Part shown: positions 38,827 to 47,811 of the stretch, piece after piece
Numbering within the stretch: position 1 is the stretch's first letter
Layout: every line of letters starts with the position of its first letter
Origin: a virus
Length of the DNA stretch: 64,000 nucleotides
IMG/VR virus record: IMGVR_UViG_3300035698_017588
Location: 31,002 to 95,001 of that record
Strand: one strand, 5' to 3'
Made by a program: the position numbers and the translations under genes
Notes under the pieces: model-generated
Database searches by the model: none
What the model saw: the letters and a program-made list of their open reading frames with translations, nothing else
What the model was told of the DNA's origin: nothing

Positions 38827-39370
38827 CCGGTTGATCAACGTCCACCTGTTGGAACTCGAACTTGTCGCGATCCGTCAAGTATAATTGGCGGAAGTCTTCC
38901 TCTTTGATCATTTCCATCGCCTGGCGCACTTCTTGACTGTGACGACCCCAACGACGGGCAATACTATCAAACCAACCAAATTCCCGATCGTGGGGACGCA
39001 TCTTGAACTCAACACGACCTAGATCATCAAGCTTGACCTGACCATCCTTATTCCGTTTGATCTCCAAATGATATAATTCGTGGTCGATCAGAGCCCGTTG
39101 GCCATCCTCGGACAAATGTCCAACAAGAGTGCCATCAAAAGTGATTTCAGCGTCACCACGACCCATGGTTCGGTCTTTGAGAGGGACAGCTCGTACCACG
39201 GCGTAAGCTGGTAAACCGTGGTGCATGACAGCTGGTCCTCCAGCAGTGTCATAAGCATCAATCAAATCAATGATAGCACTGTGATCACTCAAATGAGGAT
39301 GAAATTGGGCCGCAACTTCTTCCATCAATCCCCTGGTGAGGGTGCTCGATTTTCGGTATGTCTTTGGCAT
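38693..39370 (-). CDS. Putative phage metallopeptidase
   Basis: ALIDHELYH (HExxH), RPHD..F...ARRWG. Confidence 0.75.
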   Translation of the reverse strand: MPKTYRKSSTLTRGLMEEVAAQFHPHLSDHSAIIDLIDAYDTAGGPAVMHHGLPAYAVVRAVPLKDRTMGRGDAEITFDGTLVGHLSEDGQRALIDHELYHLEIKRNKDGQVKLDDLGRVEFKMRPHDREFGWFDSIARRWGRHSQEVRQAMEMIKEEDFRQLYLTDRDKFEFQQVDVDQPATDQPAPVNQDHPADEQTPDHLVSELPPSDGVHAVPAIHPDELS

Positions 39371-39444
39371 CTATTCACCTATCGTAGGGTTCGGTAACAG
39401 TCGAATAACACGTTATTCGGTTATATAATCGGGACAAAAACACA

Positions 39445-39876
39445 ATGGAGAGTGTGTTTTCAAACCGGACAAAACATGTGACGAAGGAATCAATTGTGAA
39501 AAACTTTGAAAAGCAATTAATCGACGCCGAAGAACAAATAGATGATTCGTGCGTCGAGTTCATAATTATCAAAGACAAATTGGACAAGGGAAAGGTCCAT
39601 TTCGTCGGCAAGAATATCTATGTCGATAAGACACACGTGATCAGTGTAATGGAACGACACACAACTAAAGAACAACAAGCAGTCACCTTGGCGTCTTTCG
39701 CAAAGATGTACGAGGTACCAATCAAAGAATTATTTCAGTTGAAGCATTACTATAGAGTCAGAGTATGGAAACTGACTCTAAGATTTTGGTTCATGAATAT
39801 CGTTTTTGTTACAATCGGCATCGCATTGGGTTTACTTTGGTTCTATGAAATTATACAAATCAACACCAGTCTTTGA
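39445..39876 (+). CDS. Hypothetical membrane protein
   Basis: C-terminal hydrophobic helix. Confidence 0.55.
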   Translation: MESVFSNRTKHVTKESIVKNFEKQLIDAEEQIDDSCVEFIIIKDKLDKGKVHFVGKNIYVDKTHVISVMERHTTKEQQAVTLASFAKMYEVPIKELFQLKHYYRVRVWKLTLRFWFMNIVFVTIGIALGLLWFYEIIQINTSL

Positions 39877-40327
39877 TCGCTATACTGGCAAAAGAGAAGC
39901 GTGCGAGCAAATCCAAGATGGCATTATTTGTGATGTATGCGGCGTCGAACTCAACTACGAGTTCGACGACGAAAACTCTCCCCATGTCTCTTTCGAAATC
40001 CACGATCTAACAGGCTGTGAACCATATTATCACGAAGATCGTCTAAAGTTCACAGCAAAAGAAGCTTTTGAACTATTCGAAATCGATTGGGATGACGATA
40101 TTGAAATGGACAATTATGTGACCTTCAATGATAACCCATTCGTTTATTGTCGATCGCGACCATGTCTTGAAGATGTCCTTAAGGACACTTTATTCGCTCA
40201 AGCACCATTCGAGGACGAAGTCTGGCTTCAAAACGCAATGATGGAAGCCAGATTAAAAATGATTGAACGTGTTTTAAGGCAGAAACTTTTTACTCCCGAG
40301 CGTTTGGGAATCAGTTTCGAAGATTAG
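39806..40327 (+). CDS. Hypothetical acidic protein
   Basis: 173-aa ORF; likely start at MKLYKS. Confidence 0.55.
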   Translation: MLQSASHWVYFGSMKLYKSTPVFDRYTGKREACEQIQDGIICDVCGVELNYEFDDENSPHVSFEIHDLTGCEPYYHEDRLKFTAKEAFELFEIDWDDDIEMDNYVTFNDNPFVYCRSRPCLEDVLKDTLFAQAPFEDEVWLQNAMMEARLKMIERVLRQKLFTPERLGISFED

Positions 40328-40396
40328 GGCCTACAGTCGGGTGACTTAACCGGTCTTCAAAACCGGAAATGGTGGATTCGAGTTCCACTAGGCCCT
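40327..40396 (+). tRNA. Atypical tRNA, anticodon UCA (opal-reading), Trp-like anticodon arm, reduced D arm
   Basis: Acceptor GGGCCTA/TAGGCCC; anticodon arm CCGGT-CTTCAAA-ACCGG; T arm GTGGA-TTCGAGT-TCCAC; D arm only AGTC-GGGT-GACT. Confidence 0.7.
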
Positions 40397-40399
40397 CTC

Positions 40400-40472
40400 G
40401 TCCCTGTAGCTCAATTGGTAGAGCGGTGGATTTCAAATCTACTGGTTGTCGGTTCAATTCCGACCAGGGACA
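40400..40472 (+). tRNA. tRNA, anticodon UCA (opal suppressor)
   Basis: Canonical cloverleaf: GTCCCTG/CAGGGAC, GCTC-AATTGGTA-GAGC, GTGGA-TTTCAAA-TCTAC, GTCGG-TTCAATT-CCGAC; short variable loop. Confidence 0.9.
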
Positions 40473-40486
40473 CTACACAAAGGAAT

Positions 40487-40768
40487 ATGATGGGAAATTC
40501 ATTAAATGCCATCTCAGCCGATGAAGACAAATACATCCACCGATGTAAGATACTCAATGTCAAACCCCAAGAAGACAAAGACCCATACTCTCTTCATGCA
40601 GAATGGGTAGACGAAACATTCTGGGCGAAAACCCAAGATTCTTGGGAAGAATATCAAAAATCTGGACAGATAAAGAAGCTGGATCGAGCTATTAAAGTAA
40701 AACAAGCGATCGTTGACCAACAACAAACAGAACTTAATGTACTGATTGAGTATCGCAAGACAATGTGA
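40487..40768 (+). CDS. Hypothetical protein
   Basis: ATG at 40487 preceded by AAGGA; the listed 40415 start lies inside the tRNA. Confidence 0.6.
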   Translation: MMGNSLNAISADEDKYIHRCKILNVKPQEDKDPYSLHAEWVDETFWAKTQDSWEEYQKSGQIKKLDRAIKVKQAIVDQQQTELNVLIEYRKTM

Positions 40769-40814
40769 TCCCAATAGCCGCAAAATTATCTTAACTAATT
40801 TGCGGGGAATCCAA

Positions 40815-41543
40815 ATGTCATACGTTCTAGAACTATCCGGCGTCGTTTCTTATGACGACAATACCGAAAAATCGTTTCTTGCAGTAGACGACATCAAAGA
40901 TGATATCGTCCTTCAAGACCAACAGGCTTTCCTTGACGTAAGCCAACGATTCCGAACCCTCATCGCGGCCAATGGCGGCGACCTACACACCCCACAAAAT
41001 CTACCACGATCTGGTAAAACCATACGGGAAACAGTGGTTAGTATAAGGTGTCTATACACCATTGGCCAAGATAACTACGAATTCACCATTACCAGTAACG
41101 ATCCAAACGGATTCATCACTACTGGTAACGGCAATTGGATGCAATTTTGGAATCTCTACGGAGAGCAAGCCAATCAACTATTCTTCGCAGCATGGGGTGG
41201 TGCTTCCGCCTACAATGTTGACTTTGCCGACAGAACATACTTTACGTTCACGAACAACTCAATGGAAGACGGACCATTAATTGTCGGTGCTTACCTCGAC
41301 AACATCGGTCCAACACTTTACCAAGAATTCCTCATCGATCCGAACAAACAAGCAGCCTTCTTGTTTGATTTTGCGTCTCAAAGTAATTTTTGGGTTCACG
41401 CTCGACGAGCTGGAGACCCGGCCCCATGGCCCGCAGCATTAAACACGCAAATCAGCATAATTGGCATTGCTGGTGCAGAACTCGACGTTACCGGCAGCTA
41501 CCAAGCATTCAACTTCGGATTGAATAGTATCGTTGCTAGTTAA
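40815..41543 (+). CDS. Hypothetical protein, tandem paralogue 1
   Basis: Begins MSYVLELSGVVSYDDNTEKSFLAVDDIKDDIVLQDQQAF. Confidence 0.75.
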   Translation: MSYVLELSGVVSYDDNTEKSFLAVDDIKDDIVLQDQQAFLDVSQRFRTLIAANGGDLHTPQNLPRSGKTIRETVVSIRCLYTIGQDNYEFTITSNDPNGFITTGNGNWMQFWNLYGEQANQLFFAAWGGASAYNVDFADRTYFTFTNNSMEDGPLIVGAYLDNIGPTLYQEFLIDPNKQAAFLFDFASQSNFWVHARRAGDPAPWPAALNTQISIIGIAGAELDVTGSYQAFNFGLNSIVAS

Positions 41544-41630
41544 CATCATACTATCTTTCGCCCAAAATCAAGTCGCAATCTTTGTCTAATCCGACAGCAA
41601 AGTTAAATCGACTAATTGCGGGGGATCACA

Positions 41631-42353
41631 ATGTCATACGTTCTTGAATTCAGTGGTGTCGTCTCTTACACCGACAACACCGAAAAATCTTTTCTAGCAG
41701 TCGATGATATCAAGGACGACATAGTCCTTCAAGACCAGCAAGCATTTGCCGATGTGGGTAGAGTGTTCAGAATCCTGGCAATTGAAGCGGGCGGAGAGCT
41801 TGCACTCCCTCGCACCATCCCACAATCTGGAAAGACGGTCAAGAATACCAACGCCAAAATCAACTGTTGGTATACTATTGGAGAAGAAAGCTTCGAATTC
41901 TCCATAATAGAGTCGGACACTACTGGCCTGACTACCATTGGTGACGGAAACATCGCACAATTCATGAGTAATTATGGAAATGGGGCGAACAGCTTCGTCA
42001 ACAGAATCTACAAAGGTGCCACATTATATGGCACAAAATTCACAAATCCAGCTCTTGTGTTCATCAGAAATGACGTTTTTGCTCCCGCCCAACATATAGT
42101 TGGATTTTATTCCCAAGTCAACCCGACTTTGGAATTCATGTTGGAAAAGATTATCGACCCAAGCAACGAAGCCGCGATAATTATTAACAGAGATGGGCTA
42201 GTAGCTCCTTTTGTTCATGCGAGAATTGTTGGAAACCCACCCCCACAGCCAATCGACATCAACACCCAAGTCAATTTCACTAGTATAGCACAAGTGGATT
42301 TGACGATCAATTCGGTCCAGAATTTTAGTCTGACCAACGGGGTGCTTGCATAA
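41631..42353 (+). CDS. Hypothetical protein, tandem paralogue 2
   Basis: Begins MSYVLEFSGVVSYTDNTEKSFLAVDDIKDDIVLQDQQAF. Confidence 0.75.
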   Translation: MSYVLEFSGVVSYTDNTEKSFLAVDDIKDDIVLQDQQAFADVGRVFRILAIEAGGELALPRTIPQSGKTVKNTNAKINCWYTIGEESFEFSIIESDTTGLTTIGDGNIAQFMSNYGNGANSFVNRIYKGATLYGTKFTNPALVFIRNDVFAPAQHIVGFYSQVNPTLEFMLEKIIDPSNEAAIIINRDGLVAPFVHARIVGNPPPQPIDINTQVNFTSIAQVDLTINSVQNFSLTNGVLA

Positions 42354-42414
42354 TACTCGCCGTTTTATCAAAAGTAGATACGACGTCCAATTTCATCTCT
42401 AACGGAAAAACATC

Positions 42415-42726
42415 ATGTTGTGAGCATATTGCTACGTAATAGTCACCTCGGATCTAACTGATCCACAAAAGGCAGTGCAAGGAATGCACGCGGCCATTGA
42501 ATCGGCCAGATCAGGATTGATCACAGGACCACACCCTAATTTGGTGTTTTGTATGGTCCCCGACTCTGAATCTCTAAGTCAGCTGTCGAAAAAACTCAAA
42601 ATCCGTGAAGTCGATCATCGTATATTCGTAGAACCGGATCTCGACGACAAGCCTACTGCTATAGCCACACGAACCGTAAGTGGCAAAGAGCGTAAACTAT
42701 TCTCAAATTTCCCGTTGGTGAGATAA
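42415..42726 (+). CDS. Peptidyl-tRNA hydrolase (PTH2/PTRHD1-like) with in-frame TGA at codon 3
   Basis: ATG TTG TGA then AYCYVIVTSDLTDPQKAVQGMHAAIES..LVFCMV..IFVEPDL..TAIAT..FSNFPL; the YVIV..DL strand lies upstream of the listed GTG start. Confidence 0.75.
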
Positions 42727-42728
42727 TT

Positions 42729-43028
42729 ATGTCAGCACGAGAACCCAGAGACGTAAAAGAATTTCGAACCGAAGCCGAATTAGAAGAAGCTGCGAGCGGG
42801 AATGACGTCCGAAAACTCGATTGGGAAGGAGAAGGATATTATGCCATCTACCAATATGGTCAACGATGTCCACGAGGATGCTGCTATGATAGCGTCTACG
42901 AGGCCAGACCAATAGCCGACCATATTTCCGATCTGGAAGCACATATCGAAGATCTTTCTTCCGACCTAAGTCATTACAAAGATCTCAACCACAAATACGA
43001 CCTACTAGCCAAGTACACAAAGGAATAA
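42729..43028 (+). CDS. Hypothetical protein
   Basis: 99-aa ORF between the two ATG-TTG-TGA genes. Confidence 0.6.
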   Translation: MSAREPRDVKEFRTEAELEEAASGNDVRKLDWEGEGYYAIYQYGQRCPRGCCYDSVYEARPIADHISDLEAHIEDLSSDLSHYKDLNHKYDLLAKYTKE

Positions 43029-43030
43029 TC

Positions 43031-43564
43031 ATGTTGTGATTACCGCGAGCCCCGCCCTGGAAACCGATTCTCCGACAATTTTTACGATTAATCAATTTTC
43101 AAGGCACAGACATTATGACTACTCAAACAATTGAAACCCACACTTCAAAATGGGGTTTCCACCCCTGCACACGCGAAACTTGCCAAAAACTCAAGGAAGC
43201 TCATCTCTTGTTGCTCCGTGCTTTACGAGACATCAAAAGACACCAACGATGGAGCAACAAACTTGAGCCCGAAGGAGAAGAACCAAAGCACCCTTCTTTC
43301 CTGGTAAAAGACGGGCGTTTCTATCGCAGTGAAAAAGCAAAAGAAGCAAAGAACATGACTTATGGTATTACGCTTGGGACAAGCTATTGGCCCGTAGGAT
43401 TTAGATGTGAAATCCACTACTACGAACACATTCTATCCCAATACCGAAATGCCAGGAGGCCACAGGCCACAGAAGAAGAGGTAGAGCCTCTTAATTTACC
43501 AGATGACTTATGGCTTATCATCGAAAAGCTCAAAGGCTTTTATAAAATCAGCCCTGCATCCTAG
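43031..43564 (+). CDS. Hypothetical protein (ATG 43115) with in-frame leader M-L-opal-LPRAPPW
   Basis: AAGGAATAATC ATG TTG TGA TTA CCG CGA GCC CCG CCC TGG..., open and in frame (84 nt) with the 149-aa ORF. Confidence 0.65.
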
Positions 43565-44066
43565 TAATGTTGTTCTGCGGAGTATTAAGTTCTTCGGGAG
43601 TGGGCTGATAACGATGTTGCATAAGGTATGCATCCTCATGATTGTTATCATAAAAGTCCCGAAGAACAGAAATGGCTTTGAATCCTAAGTTCTTGAAAAA
43701 GAGCTGAGCATTCAAATTAGTCTCACGAATTTCAAGTGCAATTCTGTTTCGACGTTCGTGAGACAATTTGCCAAGCAATTTGCCAAGCAATTGGGACCCA
43801 ATTGTCTTTCGTTGTTCAGATGGTGTGACAGCGAAGTTCAAAATGTGCAATCGATCCTTGTGTAGTTCATAGATCATATATCCCACAATTTCATCATCAA
43901 GCTTTGCGACAATTCCGATACAATTTCGTTGACGCAAGCATCTAATGAAGTCATCTTCGATCCAGGCATGTTGAAAACATTTTGATTCAATATCCAAGAC
44001 TTCGGGCATATCTCTGCGGATCATCCAACGGATGTGGACGTTCGGAGTTTTACAATCCTTTGCCAT
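43548..44066 (-). CDS. rimI: Ribosomal-protein-alanine N-acetyltransferase, planctomycete-like
   Basis: VHIRWMIRRDMPEVLDIE..CLRQRNCIG..LHILNFAV..EIRETNLNAQLFF..EDAYLM. Confidence 0.9.
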   Translation of the reverse strand: MAKDCKTPNVHIRWMIRRDMPEVLDIESKCFQHAWIEDDFIRCLRQRNCIGIVAKLDDEIVGYMIYELHKDRLHILNFAVTPSEQRKTIGSQLLGKLLGKLSHERRNRIALEIRETNLNAQLFFKNLGFKAISVLRDFYDNNHEDAYLMQHRYQPTPEELNTPQNNITRMQG

Positions 44067-44141
44067 CTTATTATCGCCAATAAATGGGAGCAACTTGAGT
44101 ACGTCGTATCTACTCAATAAGTTCATAGCGTAATTTCCATT

Positions 44142-44882
44142 TTAAGGTTTTTTGCAGGAGTGATTCTTACAATAACAATCGGGTGGGCACGGGCAATTTA
44201 GAGGGGATTCATTGGCATGATCACAATAAATCGGGCTCTGAAACTCTCGAAGTTTCGGTTTCTCAGGAGAATCCAAGTTAGCTATAGGTGACTCCGACAA
44301 TCCGACACGATTTACGTGTTCATCGATTTGTTGCCGAGCTTCTCTAACGGCAGTCTCAAACACTTCCTCTGTCACAGTGGCGATGAAGTCCAAATTGGAT
44401 CGATCTTGATCAGCATGATCCAATAAATTGATCATTTCTGTCATTTCGGACTTGGTCGGTCTCTTACCGTCTTTCATTTTCTGTTTGAGTAATTCCTTAA
44501 CCTGCCGAATTTCAGTATTCTGCCGTTCTTCAATGTCACTCGCGTACGCGATCAGAGTCTTTTTCTGATCAGGAAGTTCATATCTTGGCATTCCCTCACC
44601 ATTGTATCGACGGATGGTACAGGGGGTTCCCTCTCCCTTACCAATCGATGTAAGCACTTCAGCGAATTGTAAGAGGGACATATCAACCTTAATCAGAGAT
44701 TTCCCAAATTCTGGGCAATGACGATCGAAGGGGTCCATGGAATCTCCGCCGTCAGAGACGGCAATTTCAATCCCAATCCAGTGTGAGTGCTTGATTTTGG
44801 AACCGTAAAGGTCTGTATCCCCGGAGGTTTTTACCACCCGCATGGTACCCCTATTAGTCGCTTCCATTGTATTCTCTTGCAC
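44142..44882 (-). CDS. Hypothetical phage protein
   Basis: 246-aa ORF with Cys-rich tail. Confidence 0.65.
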   Translation of the reverse strand: MQENTMEATNRGTMRVVKTSGDTDLYGSKIKHSHWIGIEIAVSDGGDSMDPFDRHCPEFGKSLIKVDMSLLQFAEVLTSIGKGEGTPCTIRRYNGEGMPRYELPDQKKTLIAYASDIEERQNTEIRQVKELLKQKMKDGKRPTKSEMTEMINLLDHADQDRSNLDFIATVTEEVFETAVREARQQIDEHVNRVGLSESPIANLDSPEKPKLREFQSPIYCDHANESPLNCPCPPDCYCKNHSCKKP

Positions 44883-44922
44883 TAGATAAATGTATTAATA
44901 GAACTATCGATTTAACACGCAA

Positions 44923-45543
44923 ATGGATTTTTGCAACAGACTCTCAGAGTCATATTCATCGAACTGGAGAAAAACCATGAAACGATTAATCGCATTGCTG
45001 GTCCTACTCACCTGCACCACGCTAAGAGCCGAAGACAAACCAAACGTTATTATCATTCAAGCCGCCGATATGGGTCTGAATGACATGAGTTACCATGCAC
45101 AAGAGTACCCTCAAACACGGGCTCTTGATTCTTTTATCGCAAACGGCGTCATCTTCAGCAGAGCCTATTCCGTCGCCCCCGATAACGTACCAGGACGATT
45201 CGGGGTTTTAACTGGCTTGTACCCACAAAAATTCGGCATTGAAGCGAACCCACGAGACGAACACGCCAAAGAAGAAGTCAAATTCTGGCCGAAAGACGCG
45301 AAACACATTGGTTACTACGCCGGAAAAGCAGGATACGAATCAGCTTACTTCGGAGACTGGGAATTCGGATATGATCCTGGTGAATTACCATGGGAGACTG
45401 GATTTGGAGAATATGCTGGATGTGTCCGACGACACTCAAGTTATTATGTCCAACCTGCCATGTCAAGCAAGGGAAAAGTCGATAAGTTCATGCTGCAACC
45501 AGCAGGAACAGAGCTATGGAAGAGTGTCGAAAATGGAATCTAG
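44923..45543 (+). CDS. Truncated, catalytically degenerate sulfatase-like protein with signal peptide
   Basis: KPNVIIIQAADMG, NVPGR in place of CxPxR, GDWEFG in place of GKWHLG; only about 190 aa. Confidence 0.7.
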   Translation: MDFCNRLSESYSSNWRKTMKRLIALLVLLTCTTLRAEDKPNVIIIQAADMGLNDMSYHAQEYPQTRALDSFIANGVIFSRAYSVAPDNVPGRFGVLTGLYPQKFGIEANPRDEHAKEEVKFWPKDAKHIGYYAGKAGYESAYFGDWEFGYDPGELPWETGFGEYAGCVRRHSSYYVQPAMSSKGKVDKFMLQPAGTELWKSVENGI

Positions 45544-45615
45544 ACAATCGTGAAGTGGAAAATGTTTCAAGAGGGGGAGAAATTTGCGATCGACCAGAAG
45601 TACAAGGACTTCGAT

Positions 45616-45960
45616 TCAAGACGATAAATTGTTCTTGTACTTATCAACTTGGGTAATCTCTTCCGCGAAGATATTATGACAAGTGCCGCTATGGGAAATC
45701 GATTTATTGATTTTCTCCAGCGGCACTCGCCCTGTTAAAATCATAAGACAATCCATAAGACAATCTCCTTCGCCAATCTTTTTGAAAGCATCGGTAAGCT
45801 TAGCATATTCCTGCTGTACTAATTCCGGTGTTCCGTGCGTCAAAAGAGTGCCGGTATTCTTATCAAACAAGACCGCGATTTCTGGGCCTATACTAGTAGC
45901 GTCATCTGGGCCACGATGCCAAATGTAATTTCCGTCTTGTAAATCATAATAAAATTCCAT
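45616..45960 (-). CDS. Hypothetical protein
   Basis: 114-aa ORF. Confidence 0.5.
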   Translation of the reverse strand: MEFYYDLQDGNYIWHRGPDDATSIGPEIAVLFDKNTGTLLTHGTPELVQQEYAKLTDAFKKIGEGDCLMDCLMILTGRVPLEKINKSISHSGTCHNIFAEEITQVDKYKNNLSS

Positions 45961-46056
45961 TTATGATGTGCCGCCAGTTAGAATTGTGAGACAAAAGTTC
46001 ACTTTACCTAATACGCCGCACACTATAGACTAAAGACGGGTCTTCGAGGCTCTCCT

Positions 46057-46266
46057 TTAGCTTTCCTTGCGTTTCGATGCATCTGATCGATTGTCTACAG
46101 GTCTCGCCGCCCGAAGCACTTTTCGGGGCTCTTCTCTGGATCGAAAACCATATGGACAGTGGCGACAACTGTTCTCACAACAATAGCCTCTACCACTGAG
46201 AAAATGGGCGGTCAGAACCATCTTACCATCCTCGTAATAAAAATCCTTTTGTGGATCTAACTTCAT
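46057..46266 (-). CDS. DUF5522-like small Cys-rich protein
   Basis: DFYYEDGKMVLT..RGYCCENSCRHCPY. Confidence 0.8.
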   Translation of the reverse strand: MKLDPQKDFYYEDGKMVLTAHFLSGRGYCCENSCRHCPYGFRSREEPRKVLRAARPVDNRSDASKRKES

Positions 46267-46280
46267 TGCAGGAGTGACCT

Positions 46281-46514
46281 ATGAATTGCCAATATTACTG
46301 TCGCATAAGAGGTTTGGACGACGATGAATGGGCAGGATACCAAGCAAAAGATCACATCGAAGCCGCATCGGAGTACGCCAAAGACGTATCAAGGCAAGTC
46401 ACAGAACATGATCCAAACAGTTATGTGAAAGACATAACCGTAGAAGTATACAGTGTCAAGTCAGAAGAATTTTGGAGAATCGATATTGACATGATTCACA
46501 TAAGAAGAATATGA
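46281..46514 (+). CDS. Hypothetical protein
   Basis: AGGAG RBS; fills the gap between minus-strand genes. Confidence 0.55.
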   Translation: MNCQYYCRIRGLDDDEWAGYQAKDHIEAASEYAKDVSRQVTEHDPNSYVKDITVEVYSVKSEEFWRIDIDMIHIRRI

Positions 46515-46946
46515 TCAAGCAGGCTGCTTAAGACACCATTTCGATTTTTCGTCGATCATAATACCGCAGAGGTGGTCGTATTCGTGCTGGAAAACCACGG
46601 CTTCGGTACCACCAATAACCTTCTCTATCTTCTGGCCGATGATATTATCATATCGGACTACCAAACCCGGCGACCGCAAAACATCGAACGATTGACCCGG
46701 TAAAGAAAGACACCCCTCTTGGCATTTGAAAACATCCGTGTGAACTTTCACGATCTCTGGATTGACAACCAGCTCCCCAGAAGCCCAAAAGAACCGTTTA
46801 TCGGAACCAACTTGTGGGGCTGAGATACCAATACCATCGTTTTCTTGCATTATCTGCAACGATTTCAACGCTTCTTCCAAGGTCGGCGGCTCGGGATTTG
46901 TGCATGGTACGCGGAGGTTTGGGCTCGGATCTTTTACTAATTGCAT
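46515..46946 (-). CDS. def: Peptide deformylase
   Basis: GIGISAPQVG, EGCLS, QHEYDHL. Confidence 0.93.
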   Translation of the reverse strand: MQLVKDPSPNLRVPCTNPEPPTLEEALKSLQIMQENDGIGISAPQVGSDKRFFWASGELVVNPEIVKVHTDVFKCQEGCLSLPGQSFDVLRSPGLVVRYDNIIGQKIEKVIGGTEAVVFQHEYDHLCGIMIDEKSKWCLKQPA

Positions 46947-47148
46947 TTGGATTCACTGCTTGTTGATGATCAAGGGCTTCATTGATAAGTCGGTATTGCA
47001 TATGTAGGGGCTGCTCTGCTAACAACTCCCACATTGCATTAGCTGAACGTTCCAATTTCCGAGGATGGATCTTAGAACGACGTGCAGCCTCAGAATAGAG
47101 TTCCTCTAAGTCTTTCATGTCTATCTCCAGAATGAACCATTAGTATGT

Positions 47149-47811
47149 TCATTCTGATGAATCGTCAGACTCAAGGCATGGCGGAGTATCAGCACTCGGA
47201 TCGACACTGTCGTGATCCACAGACTCAGCAGACGATTCATACGCAGGCTGCTCAGCAAATGCCAAAGAAAACGTCGAAATGCCCTTAGCAACTTCGACAG
47301 CAGATTCAGTGCCAAGGTATTCATTGGCCTCCGCGAATCGTTTAGTATAAGCGGCCCAGAGAGGTTGGCCCTTATGAAAGACTTTTTTCGCTTTTTCAAG
47401 GCCATCCGGAAGAGACATTGAATCAGCAGTATTGCAGATTCGATCGGCGATTTTCAAGACCAATGCACCAATCGATTTGTCAACAAATGAATCAATGTAA
47501 GTTGCTTTCGCTTCTAGATCTCGATCATCGCCTTCGAAAGTCAACTCTTTCACCAAATCGGCGACTTCCGTTCCCCAATCTTTTCGAATATCAGCGTCAG
47601 TAGCACTGGTATCCTCCACCAAATCGTGGAACATAGCCGCTTCCCATAGCACTTTGTACTTCTGGTCGACGATCCCCCATCCCTGTAACTGACGCATCAG
47701 ATCTAGTGGATGAATGATATACGGGATTCGACAGTCACCGATCTTCTTTCTGACTTGGCGACCGTGATGCTTGATTGCGTAATTGAGTTGATGTTCGAAA
47801 GTGATTTTCAT
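47149..47811 (-). CDS. HD-domain small alarmone ((p)ppGpp) hydrolase-like protein
   Basis: HGRQVRK..PYIIHP, HDLVEDT, VKELT, KIADRICN. Confidence 0.85.
   Translation of the reverse strand: MKITFEHQLNYAIKHHGRQVRKKIGDCRIPYIIHPLDLMRQLQGWGIVDQKYKVLWEAAMFHDLVEDTSATDADIRKDWGTEVADLVKELTFEGDDRDLEAKATYIDSFVDKSIGALVLKIADRICNTADSMSLPDGLEKAKKVFHKGQPLWAAYTKRFAEANEYLGTESAVEVAKGISTFSLAFAEQPAYESSAESVDHDSVDPSADTPPCLESDDSSE

Noticed and set aside
40327-40472. tRNA-Sec
   Set aside because: Both tRNAs lack the long variable arm, and no sel genes are present in the window.
47149-47811. HD protein as the DatZ dATPase partner of PurZ
   Set aside because: Its motifs (HxxQxRK, PYxxHP, HDxxEDT, KxADR) are those of RelA/SpoT-type hydrolases, and it lies 26 kb from purZ.
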